Source: a virus. From it: DNA of 64,000 bases. This document shows, one piece after another, positions 38,934-47,364 of this stretch. Each line of letters opens with the position of its first letter. The first letter of the stretch is position 1. The notes beneath the pieces are model-generated. The model made no database searches. It worked only from the letters and a program-made list of their open reading frames with translations, and was not told the DNA's origin. Where the stretch lies: the IMG/VR virus record IMGVR_UViG_3300032315_000748; one strand, 5' to 3'. Made by a program: the position numbers and the translations under genes.

Positions 38934-39605
38934 ATGACCCTAGATCTTCATAACTTTTTTAAGTATTATGATGATAAGAATCCAAATCACGTAGCAGCAG
39001 TTCAATGGTTAGAGGATAATCTACCTGCTGAGTTTATGGATGATTCTGAAACAGAGTGGATAGGAATGTTCAGAACAAAACCTCCAACTCCAGCAGTATT
39101 GGAGGTTCCTTATTTTAATCAAGTAGACAACTACAGAGATGCACATAGAACTTGTAATAGTTCATCGTGTGCTATGTGCCTTGCTTTCCTCAAGCCAGGA
39201 AGTATCAAAGGTGATGACGAATATGTTAAGAAAGTATTTGCGATTGGTGATACGACCGATCATGCGGTTCAAACCAAGGTTCTTGCAGGTTACGGTGTTA
39301 AGTCACACTTTAGTTATAATTTGAGTTTTGCTGATATTGATAAGAGTCTTGATAGAGGAAAACCAGTTGTTATTGGTATTCTGCACAGGGGTTCTCTTAC
39401 TTCACCTACTGGTGGTCACATGTGTGTTGTAATCGGTAAAACACCAGATGGTAAAGGATACTTTGTGAATGATCCTTATGGATCTCTAAATGATAACTAT
39501 ACTGGACCCGTAACAAACGGTAAGAAGACCGTTTACACCAAAGCAGTTCTTAAGCACCGTTGGGCCCCTGGTGGCACAGACGGATGGGGACGTATTTTTG
39601 ATTGA
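38934..39605 (+). CDS. C39-like cysteine peptidase (cell-wall hydrolase candidate)
   Basis: VPYFNQ...CNSSSCAM...GH...VNDPYG. Confidence 0.8.
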   Translation: MTLDLHNFFKYYDDKNPNHVAAVQWLEDNLPAEFMDDSETEWIGMFRTKPPTPAVLEVPYFNQVDNYRDAHRTCNSSSCAMCLAFLKPGSIKGDDEYVKKVFAIGDTTDHAVQTKVLAGYGVKSHFSYNLSFADIDKSLDRGKPVVIGILHRGSLTSPTGGHMCVVIGKTPDGKGYFVNDPYGSLNDNYTGPVTNGKKTVYTKAVLKHRWAPGGTDGWGRIFD

Positions 39606-39623
39606 TACATAAGGAGAAAACCA

Positions 39624-40295
39624 ATGGCAAGAATCGATTTACACAACTTCTTCAAGTTTTATGACGAGAAGAATCCTAATCACATCAAAGCAGTTCAGTG
39701 GTTAGAAGATAACCTACCTGTCAAGTATCTTGAGGATAACATTGATTGGGCGGAGATTTATAGAGGAAAAAAGTCTAGTGCTGCACAAGCATCTACACCA
39801 ACTGCTAGTGCTCCTGTAACTGGTGGTGATGATATGCCTATGACTGGTCTAAAACTCATTAAAGAGTTTGAAGGATGTCATCTAAAAGCATATCCAGATC
39901 CTCTGTCAGGTGGACTTCCAATCACTATAGGTTGGGGGACCACTCGTAAGAAGGATGGATCACCATTCCATATGGGTGATACAATCACTCAACAGGAAGC
40001 AGATGAGTTATTGATTACTCAATGTAAGAACCAGTTTCTTCCATCACTTCGTAAAATTCCACACTGGAATGAAATGTCTGATGGTAAAAGAGGTGCATTA
40101 CTTTCTTTTGCTTATAATCTTGGTGCTGGTTTTTATGGCAGTGGTGATTTTAATACTATCACTAAAAGACTGAAGAATAAAGAATGGGACTTAGTTCCCG
40201 ATGCGCTTTACCTATACAGAAATCCTGGATCTAATGTAGAAGCAGGACTTGCTCGTAGAAGAAAAGCAGAAGGTGAATCTTGGAAAAAAGGTTAA
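39624..40295 (+). CDS. GH24 lysozyme (endolysin)
   Basis: LIKEFEG...AYPD...TIGWGTT, ALLSFAYNLG, GLARRRKAE. Confidence 0.92.
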   Translation: MARIDLHNFFKFYDEKNPNHIKAVQWLEDNLPVKYLEDNIDWAEIYRGKKSSAAQASTPTASAPVTGGDDMPMTGLKLIKEFEGCHLKAYPDPLSGGLPITIGWGTTRKKDGSPFHMGDTITQQEADELLITQCKNQFLPSLRKIPHWNEMSDGKRGALLSFAYNLGAGFYGSGDFNTITKRLKNKEWDLVPDALYLYRNPGSNVEAGLARRRKAEGESWKKG

Positions 40296-40313
40296 CCTAT
40301 TAAACTAACAAAA

Positions 40314-40676
40314 ATGAACAACAAAAAGGAAAATGGTATGGGGCAACTAATTCGTGTTGTGATTTTGAGTTGGTCTGCCGCACTACTTACCGCAAGTTAT
40401 GCTGGTATGTTTGCTAAAATGGATCCCACATTCATTGCTACAGTATTTACTGCATCTGCTGCCACTTTTGGTATTAATACAATGAAGAAAGGTGGAGATG
40501 ATGACGATGAAAAAAAGGAACAACCACGCAGAGAAGAATTTGTAGAAGCACCTCCTGAACCACCTGCTTCACTAAAACAACCTGTTTCAACAATTGCTGA
40601 AACAACAGTATCTCTTGAAGAAAGAGTTGAAGCATTAGAAGAAGGACAAGTTCAACCTCGTACAGGTGGAGTATAA
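40314..40676 (+). CDS. Two-TM membrane protein (holin candidate)
   Basis: Two hydrophobic helices and a charged tail, directly after the lysozyme. Confidence 0.55.
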   Translation: MNNKKENGMGQLIRVVILSWSAALLTASYAGMFAKMDPTFIATVFTASAATFGINTMKKGGDDDDEKKEQPRREEFVEAPPEPPASLKQPVSTIAETTVSLEERVEALEEGQVQPRTGGV

Positions 40677-40780
40677 TGGCAAAATCCGCAAACAAAGGTA
40701 AGAAAGGTTCCAATGGTTCTAAACAGAATCAGGGGAATGCGACAGCAAAGAAGGCAAAGAACGGTGGCAAGAAAAAATGA
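40676..40780 (+). CDS. Small basic peptide (34 aa, not in ORF track)
   Basis: MAKSANKGKKGSNGSKQNQGNATAKKAKNGGKKK; coupled at both ends; GGAG RBS. Confidence 0.65.
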   Translation: MAKSANKGKKGSNGSKQNQGNATAKKAKNGGKKK

Positions 40781-41082
40781 AAACTTATAATGAATTTATT
40801 ATTGAAGCAAATCTAGCAAAAAAAGCAAAAGATTGGTGGAATAAGGGAAGAGATGAAAGAGTTCCTAATGAGAACAAAGCATCTTGGAAAGAATTGATGG
40901 ATGATGATAAAAAACAACTCACCAGAAGTGATAAGGCACATAAGTCGGGAGCAACTGGTATTAAGGGTTGGAGACCTCATAAAGCATTCAGTCCAGAGAT
41001 GGTCAAAACAGGACCTACACCAGCAGTTAGACAAGCATTTGAAAGACCAGTACGAGCAGTTAAATCACTACTTAAAAGGTAA
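40777..41082 (+). CDS. Putative internal head protein
   Basis: N-terminus MKTYNEFIIEA closely resembles the T4 capsid-targeting sequence MKTYQEFIAE. Confidence 0.65.
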   Translation: MKTYNEFIIEANLAKKAKDWWNKGRDERVPNENKASWKELMDDDKKQLTRSDKAHKSGATGIKGWRPHKAFSPEMVKTGPTPAVRQAFERPVRAVKSLLKR

Positions 41083-41088
41083 AATACT

Positions 41089-41292
41089 ATGGCACGAGAA
41101 TGGAACACTCCAGTTCGTGAGTGTTGGAATAAACCCATTCACCAAATATTAAAGGCAATAGATAATCATACCCGTCTTCATTTGGAGACGGGTAATTTTT
41201 GGCACGAAGAGCAGGCAAATATATTAAGACAATACTTAAGAGATTTAAAAGACTTTATACATAAAGAAGAAGGTGGACAATACGATGACTGA
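41089..41292 (+). CDS. Hypothetical protein
   Basis: 67-aa ORF in operon. Confidence 0.65.
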   Translation: MAREWNTPVRECWNKPIHQILKAIDNHTRLHLETGNFWHEEQANILRQYLRDLKDFIHKEEGGQYDD

Positions 41293-41395
41293 GTTTCCTT
41301 GGGGAGTTTTTATTATTCTTGGTTCTGGTTTAATTTTTACCTGTTATTGCATTTACTATATACTAAGAATGGCATATTTAGAGGAAAGGGAATGA
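41285..41395 (+). CDS. Small single-TM protein (36 aa, not in ORF track)
   Basis: MTEFPWGVFIILGSGLIFTCYCIYYILRMAYLEERE; ATGA overlap with the next gene. Confidence 0.6.
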   Translation: MTEFPWGVFIILGSGLIFTCYCIYYILRMAYLEERE

Positions 41396-41616
41396 AAGAA
41401 CTATCACTAATTCTATCAGCACTCAGTCTAACCGTATCTTTAGGTTTAGCAGTTGGTGCTTATATCACATACAAGAAAGCAGAGACAATTATCAATCATC
41501 CAGAAGACTTTGTGAATTCTATTGTAGATAAAGTTGTGGAGGAACAAATCAGTAAAGCATTTGAAAAACTACCTATTCCCAAACTAAATACTGGGAAGTT
41601 TCAGTTACCATTCTGA
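41392..41616 (+). CDS. Membrane-anchored hypothetical protein
   Basis: Start re-called at ATG 41392 (MKELSLILSALSL...). Confidence 0.65.
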   Translation: MKELSLILSALSLTVSLGLAVGAYITYKKAETIINHPEDFVNSIVDKVVEEQISKAFEKLPIPKLNTGKFQLPF

Positions 41617-42035
41617 TGTCATTAAAGGATCCTTACATTTACAGAATTAAACAAATTTTAAAAGTAGTTGATGGTGATACGATTGACGCATCAATAGATT
41701 TAGGGTTTGATATTAGTTTAGAAAAAAGAATACGTCTTGCTGCTGTTGATACTCCAGAGAGTCGCACAGCAGACGCAAACGAAAAGAAATATGGTCTTGA
41801 ATCAAAAGAATGGTTGAAGCATAAAGTAGAAAATGCTAAGAACATTTTAATCAAAACCGAACTCCCCGATAGCACTGAGAAGTATGGTAGAATCATTGGT
41901 CATTTATTCATTAACGACCAAGAGACATCACTGAACGATCAAATGGTTGTTGAGGGATATGCCTGGCCGTACAAGGGAGACACAAAGAAGAAAAACTTTG
42001 CTGAGTTAGATGCCAAACGTACCAGAAATTCCTGA
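41616..42035 (+). CDS. Thermonuclease (SNase-like) family protein
   Basis: KVVDGDTID...RIRLAAVDTPE...KYGRIIG. Confidence 0.88.
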   Translation: MSLKDPYIYRIKQILKVVDGDTIDASIDLGFDISLEKRIRLAAVDTPESRTADANEKKYGLESKEWLKHKVENAKNILIKTELPDSTEKYGRIIGHLFINDQETSLNDQMVVEGYAWPYKGDTKKKNFAELDAKRTRNS

Positions 42036-42744
42036 TATAAAAACAAATAATATAGAAATACCAAAGGTGGAGGTTCCAGTTATTCGTAATCTGGAACCTC
42101 CACCTATTCTTGTACCAATCAATAGGAAATTACCAATACCCGTTGTTGATGTTCCTATGGATGGTATTCCAAGTTATGAACCGATTGATGCTCCTACAAC
42201 TGAACAGTTTAGGAAAATGATAAATGCTCAACAGGAACCAAAGAAAGAAGAACAAGTACAAGACAAACCCAGAGCACTTCCAGATCTTAAGGGGATTACT
42301 GAAGCATTAAAACAAGTACCTCAAGTACCTCAAGCATCTCAACCACAAGAACAAGTTGCTCCACCAGTACCAAAAATAGATGCTCCAACTATTACTGTCC
42401 CGTATATTGGGGCAATTCCAGTTCCATCCACCGAAACTGTTGTATTATCTGGCACCACTGCTACTGCTAGTGTCGCTGCGGCTCTTATTGGTAAATCTAT
42501 GGTGGAATGGTTGGTAGGAAAAATGAAACCTATTATTAATCAGATCTTTATTAGGGGGAAACAATTGTTGAACCGAGATCTGACGCCTTACGAGACTCAG
42601 TTACTTTTTGCTTTGGAACTGGATAAGAAGACTTTGAAACTCTTGAAGAAGGAACAAAAGGCTGAGAAATTACGCCAGAAGCAGGTTTTTGTTGAATCAC
42701 AACAACATCCGCACATATCTTTGCGTAAGGAGAAGAAGGATTAA
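42010..42744 (+). CDS. Proline-rich hypothetical protein with a hydrophobic segment
   Basis: Pro-rich N-half, then VVLSGTTATASVAAALIG. Confidence 0.65.
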   Translation: MPNVPEIPDIKTNNIEIPKVEVPVIRNLEPPPILVPINRKLPIPVVDVPMDGIPSYEPIDAPTTEQFRKMINAQQEPKKEEQVQDKPRALPDLKGITEALKQVPQVPQASQPQEQVAPPVPKIDAPTITVPYIGAIPVPSTETVVLSGTTATASVAAALIGKSMVEWLVGKMKPIINQIFIRGKQLLNRDLTPYETQLLFALELDKKTLKLLKKEQKAEKLRQKQVFVESQQHPHISLRKEKKD

Positions 42745-43255
42745 AGAAAATCCCACCTTTCATTGCTTCACCACATTTGAGTAATCTTACAAGTTCAAAA
42801 TCTAATCGTGCTTTATCAGTTTCTGCTCTTTGTCTAGCAGTCCAAGTATCAGCAGCAGTCTTACATCTTTCTTGTAATCCACCATCTAATGGAAATGAAA
42901 GAGTTGCTGATAGTCCAAAGTTATTTGCAAAACTATCTTTCTGACCCGTTCTTTCTAATCCATTAATACCTGTTGTCATATCATTATCAATATTTGCATA
43001 TTCTTCAAAAGGTCTTGAACCACTTTTAGATGTGGTCATAAAGGGAGTAAGATTAAAGGTTGGACCCTGACAACTTACTCCACCACCGTATGAGTTGGTC
43101 ACGTATGGACCCTGTAGCACCTGTACTGCCTGGTTTGTTACACTTCCTGTTGATGTTGCCTGTGGATTTGCAATCGCAGTTACAGGGGTATCCCCCTCTG
43201 CATACGCAGGGAGAACAAAGACACTTAGGGCAAGGATTACTTTGAGACATTTCAT
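42551..43255 (-). CDS. Secreted hypothetical protein
   Basis: Signal peptide (..PAYA), ANPQATSTGSVTNQAVQ, paired cysteines. Confidence 0.75.
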   Translation of the reverse strand: MKCLKVILALSVFVLPAYAEGDTPVTAIANPQATSTGSVTNQAVQVLQGPYVTNSYGGGVSCQGPTFNLTPFMTTSKSGSRPFEEYANIDNDMTTGINGLERTGQKDSFANNFGLSATLSFPLDGGLQERCKTAADTWTARQRAETDKARLDFELVRLLKCGEAMKGGIFFNPSSPYAKICADVVVIQQKPASGVISQPFVPSSRVSKSSYPVPKQKVTESRKASDLGSTIVSP

Positions 43256-43256
43256 C

Positions 43257-43616
43257 TTACTGGGTGAATACTGACATTGAATCCGTAACAGATTGAATTG
43301 TCGTGGTTCTTTCTACTGTTGTATCTTTAATCAATCCAGGACCCATATAAGTTTCTGAAAACTGAAATGGTTGTCCTTGATTCACAATACTATACTTTGT
43401 TCCAAGAGTTGGAGTTCCTGGAATATTAATATTTGTTCCCGTAACTGTATAACTAAATCCAGTTTGGAAATCTTGTTGTCTAATTATTTCATTTACTGTT
43501 GTGGTGGATTCAGTATGAGAAGTTACAGTACCACTAGTAAAGTTTGGTGTGACTGGCGCTGCTAGGGATGGTAGGGAAAACCCTAGCAGACAAATGCCTG
43601 CTAGGATATATTTCAT
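43257..43616 (-). CDS. Secreted hypothetical protein
   Basis: Signal peptide, then PVTPNFTSG...FQFSETYMGPG. Confidence 0.75.
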   Translation of the reverse strand: MKYILAGICLLGFSLPSLAAPVTPNFTSGTVTSHTESTTTVNEIIRQQDFQTGFSYTVTGTNINIPGTPTLGTKYSIVNQGQPFQFSETYMGPGLIKDTTVERTTTIQSVTDSMSVFTQ

Positions 43617-44107
43617 TTGAATACACTCAGTTCTGAACTGCGTTGACCGATTGCAGTGGTTCCAGCACCACCACCAGTAACTGTAAGAGCACCAGTAGAG
43701 GTATCAATCGTACCTGCAAGAGTACCTTTCTCACCTGCTAGTTGTGTGGTGTTCTTACCATACAGAGTTGGTGATGCAATTGCACCATTAGAAACTGTCT
43801 GTGATGTAACAGTACTGTCTCCAACAGTTAGTGACTCTGTAAATGAGAATGCCTGACCATCATTGTTAATAGCATAAGTGCCAGCACTCATTGTTGCTGC
43901 TGCACTTGATGTGCCACCAGTCAATCCACCAAGTGCCGAGACACCGATGTTAGTTCCACCAACTGCGTAGGAACTACCAATTCTTTCTGTTTGTACCGCT
44001 GCACCCTGTACTGTTAATTGAACGGAATCAGTGATTCTTGATGTAATTTCACCTGCAAAAACAGGAGTAGTTAAGAATAACGAAAAGAGTAGTGTTAGTC
44101 TTTTCAT
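43613..44107 (-). CDS. Secreted G/T/S-rich hypothetical protein
   Basis: Signal peptide (PVFA), ITDSVQLTV; minus-strand ATAAATA at 44131-44137. Confidence 0.75.
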   Translation of the reverse strand: MKRLTLLFSLFLTTPVFAGEITSRITDSVQLTVQGAAVQTERIGSSYAVGGTNIGVSALGGLTGGTSSAAATMSAGTYAINNDGQAFSFTESLTVGDSTVTSQTVSNGAIASPTLYGKNTTQLAGEKGTLAGTIDTSTGALTVTGGGAGTTAIGQRSSELSVFK

Positions 44108-44163
44108 TGTTCTGTTAAATTGGATACTATTATTTATTAATAGAATTTTTCAAATTGAACCAC

Positions 44164-44192
44164 TTGACAAATCATAAATAATCACTTATTAT
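44164..44192 (+). promoter_or_regulatory. Sigma70-type promoter with a late box in the spacer
   Basis: TTGACA-17 nt-TATTAT; CATAAATA in the spacer. Confidence 0.6.
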
Positions 44193-44319
44193 GAGGAAAC
44201 CCAAACACATTGGGTCATATCATGAGATTTTGATGTGAAACTTAGAGCCGTGGGCAATGCCTCCCGAGAGGGTTGGAACTTCTCCTTTGCCTATACGGAT
44301 GTCGAATTCTATTAAACTA

Positions 44320-44691
44320 ATGCTTTTCAAAAAAACAATTCAAACCCTTTCGGTCATTGCTCTGAGTCTTGGTGCTCTTGCTCCAAGTCCTGCTCAAGCA
44401 TTGACCTGTTCTTATGCCTCACATTATGGAATTGGTGATGGTTACGATGGTCAAAGAACTGCTAATGGTGAACGGTTTAATGCCTATGGTAACTCAGCCG
44501 CACATCGTGATCTTCCATTTGGCACTAGATTGAGAGTAACTAATGAATCAAATGGAAAATCTGTTGTTATACGGATCAATGATCGCGGTCCATATGTAAG
44601 TGGTAGGAGTCTTGATCTTTCTTATGGTGCTTTCTCAACGATTGCATCACCAAGTAGGGGAGAGATTAGGGTTTGTTATTCTAGACTGTAA
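44320..44691 (+). CDS. rlpA: RlpA-like lytic transglycosylase (DPBB)
   Basis: Signal peptide; ASHYG, TANGERF, AAHRDLPFGT, INDRGPY, LDLS. Confidence 0.9.
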   Translation: MLFKKTIQTLSVIALSLGALAPSPAQALTCSYASHYGIGDGYDGQRTANGERFNAYGNSAAHRDLPFGTRLRVTNESNGKSVVIRINDRGPYVSGRSLDLSYGAFSTIASPSRGEIRVCYSRL

Positions 44692-44725
44692 TTGATAAAT
44701 AGGGGAGAGTTCATCCTCTTCCTTT

Positions 44726-45154
44726 ATGTTTAATTTTAATTTTGGAAATAAAAAACCAGATATTAAACAATATGCAATCATAGGAATTATCTTAAGTTCT
44801 GTGATTGCAACTCTTACACAATGTACTGGAATAAAAGAAACATCTTTATGGGATGTATTTGATGAAGTTCAACGTAAGTTCTTTCCTCAGACGATGTTGA
44901 ATGATTTCATCATCAAAGATCCCGAAAAATTGGATCGTAGGGTGAAGAGAGATGTTGATTTGGCAATTGCTGAGTATGAAAGATTGACAGGAGATGATGG
45001 AAAGATTAGGATGCCTAAACCACGATATTCAGAGAAACCACCAGACGGGTCTTATGCCCAATCAGTTTTGGGTGGTGAAATGAGATTGTGTGCTCCTTGG
45101 GTAAACGATTGCCCCTTGACAGACCAGAATAATGCGGATGTAACTCAGCGGTAG
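44726..45154 (+). CDS. Hypothetical membrane-anchored protein
   Basis: N-terminal hydrophobic helix; C-terminal LGGEMRLCAPW. Confidence 0.65.
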   Translation: MFNFNFGNKKPDIKQYAIIGIILSSVIATLTQCTGIKETSLWDVFDEVQRKFFPQTMLNDFIIKDPEKLDRRVKRDVDLAIAEYERLTGDDGKIRMPKPRYSEKPPDGSYAQSVLGGEMRLCAPWVNDCPLTDQNNADVTQR

Positions 45155-45205
45155 AGTTCCTGCTTGCCAAGTAGATTGTCGTCGGTTCGAATCCGATCAT
45201 CCGCT
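45134..45205 (+). tRNA. tRNA-Gly (GCC)
   Basis: GCGGATG/CATCCGC acceptor stem, TTGCCAA anticodon loop, GTTCGAATC T-arm; no encoded CCA. Confidence 0.9.
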
Positions 45206-45262
45206 TTCCCAGAAACACTGGGATATAAATAAACTTCGTAGTTATAAAACTTAACAAACTTT

Positions 45263-46756
45263 ATGAAATTTTTCAATCAACTGATGCTTGCACCTGTTGC
45301 ACTTGGAATGATTGCTCCTACTGTTGCGAATGCTGCAGACCTTAATATTGCTGGAGTCAATCAATACAGTTCCTCAGAGCAGGTCACAAGTATCAGTCAA
45401 TTCTCCGATGTTCAACCTACGGATTGGGCATATGGAGCACTGAGCAATCTTGTGGAACGTTATGGTTGCGTTGCTGGTTATCCTAATGGCACCTTTGGTG
45501 GTGGTAAGGCACTGACCCGTTTTGAAGCAGCAGCACTTCTTAACTCCTGCTTGGATCGTGTTACTGAAGTCACCGATGAACTTCGTCGTCTGATGGCAGA
45601 ATTCAAATCCGAACTTGCTGTTCTCAAAGGTCGTGTAAGTGGTCTTGAAGCAAAAGTGGGCAAACTTGAGGCAACTCAGTTCTCTACCACAACCAAACTG
45701 AAAGGTGAAGCATCCTTCATTCTTGGTGGAGTTCCTGGTTATACTACGAATACTGGCACTGTTGCTGGTAGCACTGCGTTTAACTATGACCTTCGTCTGA
45801 ACCTGGATACTTCATTCACTGGTAAGGATTTGCTTCGCACCCGTCTGCGTTCTGGTAACTTCTCCAGTCAACCTTTCGGTTCTTCTTCGTCACTGTTCAA
45901 ACTTGACAAGGCAGAATCTTCACAAGGTACTGGTACTTCCAGCAATGTTTGGTTGGACCGTCTTTACTATCAGTTCCCTGTCAGCAAGAGTGTAACTTTG
46001 ACTGCTGGTCCTCTGGTTCGTAACACTGAGATGGCATGGGTTCCTTCTGTTTATAAGTCGGATGTTCTTGACTTCTTTCAACTTGGTGGTGCTTCTGGTG
46101 TCTATAACAAGGCAACTGGTGCTGGTTTCGGTGCTCAATATCGTCAACCAGGAACACAAGGTTTTGTTGCTTCTGTGAACTATGTTGCAGAAGATGGTAG
46201 CAATACTTCTACTGGTGAGTTTGATGCAACTGGTAAACTGAACACTCTGGTACAGATTGGTTACCGTGCTCCTCAATGGGGTCTTGGTTTCGGTTATCGT
46301 TATGGTACTGAGGGAACTCGTGTTCGTAACTTTAATGCTCTTGGTGGTGGTTCTGGTGCTCTTGCATACGGTCAAGTCTCCAACAGTTACGCATTCAATG
46401 GTTACTGGCAACCCAAGAAGAGTGGTATTGTTCCTTCCGTCAGTGCTGGATATGGTTCTAACACCATTAACGGTAATGCTACTGTACGAGGTGCTACCAA
46501 CTCTAACTCTTGGTTCGCAGGTCTTCAATGGTCTGATGTGTTCGGTAAAGGCAATGCTGCTGGTGTTGCATACGGACAACCTGGAAACGCACAAGGTCTG
46601 ACTGCAACTGCTTCTATGTTTGAGGCATTCTACAAGTACCGTGTAAGTGATAATATCAGTATCACTCCTGCCGTGTTCTATGTTTCCAATAATCAGGCAA
46701 CTCGGAATACTGCTTCCAATTGGGGTGGTGTAATTCAGACAACTTTCCGTTTCTGA
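45263..46756 (+). CDS. Cyanobacterial outer-membrane porin (SomA/SomB-type, SLH + beta-barrel)
   Basis: Signal peptide, FSDVQPTDWAY..L..LVERYGC..GYP SLH domain, QFSTTTKLKGE, C-terminal TTFRF; TATAAATA at 45224. Confidence 0.93.
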   Translation: MKFFNQLMLAPVALGMIAPTVANAADLNIAGVNQYSSSEQVTSISQFSDVQPTDWAYGALSNLVERYGCVAGYPNGTFGGGKALTRFEAAALLNSCLDRVTEVTDELRRLMAEFKSELAVLKGRVSGLEAKVGKLEATQFSTTTKLKGEASFILGGVPGYTTNTGTVAGSTAFNYDLRLNLDTSFTGKDLLRTRLRSGNFSSQPFGSSSSLFKLDKAESSQGTGTSSNVWLDRLYYQFPVSKSVTLTAGPLVRNTEMAWVPSVYKSDVLDFFQLGGASGVYNKATGAGFGAQYRQPGTQGFVASVNYVAEDGSNTSTGEFDATGKLNTLVQIGYRAPQWGLGFGYRYGTEGTRVRNFNALGGGSGALAYGQVSNSYAFNGYWQPKKSGIVPSVSAGYGSNTINGNATVRGATNSNSWFAGLQWSDVFGKGNAAGVAYGQPGNAQGLTATASMFEAFYKYRVSDNISITPAVFYVSNNQATRNTASNWGGVIQTTFRF

Positions 46757-46802
46757 TAGACTACTCATAAACTGATAAACTTTGCCTCTTCGGAGGCATT
46801 AC

Positions 46803-46874
46803 TGCGGAGTGGGCAAGTGGTATGCCATCAGACTCATAATCTGAAGATCGTAGGTTCAATTCCTACCTCCGCCA
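46803..46874 (+). tRNA. tRNA-Met (CAT), initiator-like
   Basis: TCAGA-CTCATAA-TCTGA anticodon arm, GTAGG-TTCAATT-CCTAC T-arm, unpaired 1:72 (T/C). Confidence 0.85.
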
Positions 46875-46898
46875 TATAAATAAAAAGAAAAGTCTATA

Positions 46899-47333
46899 AT
46901 GGAAACTTTATTTAAATCTTTGAGTGATGCTCAGGCATCACTTTTTGTTTTATTTCAAAAGACGTGGATTTATCACTGGAATGTTGTTGGGCCAGACTTT
47001 CAACAACTTCATACACTCTTTGGTGAACAATATAATGAAATGTTTGAAGAGATTGATACTCTCACAGAACATATGAGGTATTTGGGAATGAAACCAGTCA
47101 GCACTCTCACAAGAGTAGTTGAAGTATCTCAAATTTCAGAAGCAGATAGTTCAATTGGTGCTATGGAAATGGTTTCCCAACTACGTGATGATAATAAGAA
47201 ACTCATTGAAATGCTTACTGTAATATCAGAAGAAGCAGATGACCAAAAGCAATACGCAACATCAAATTTAGTTCAAAGTTTATGTGAAACTCACGGTAAA
47301 TTTGTTTGGATGCTAAGAAGTATTTTAGAATAA
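46899..47333 (+). CDS. dps: Dps / ferritin-like protein
   Basis: HWNVVGPDFQQLHTLF..QY....D...E, HGKFVWML; TATAAATA at 46875. Confidence 0.92.
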   Translation: METLFKSLSDAQASLFVLFQKTWIYHWNVVGPDFQQLHTLFGEQYNEMFEEIDTLTEHMRYLGMKPVSTLTRVVEVSQISEADSSIGAMEMVSQLRDDNKKLIEMLTVISEEADDQKQYATSNLVQSLCETHGKFVWMLRSILE

Positions 47334-47364
47334 AGACTTGAATTTTTTGAATAGGTATGGTAAG

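Noticed and set aside
41299-41391. Upstream TTG start of the 105-aa ORF
   Set aside because: The region is better explained by the 36-aa TM ORF at 41285-41395, coupled to ATG 41392
45920-46768. 282-aa minus-strand ORF
   Set aside because: Antisense shadow of the porin caused by its codon bias; no motifs or RBS
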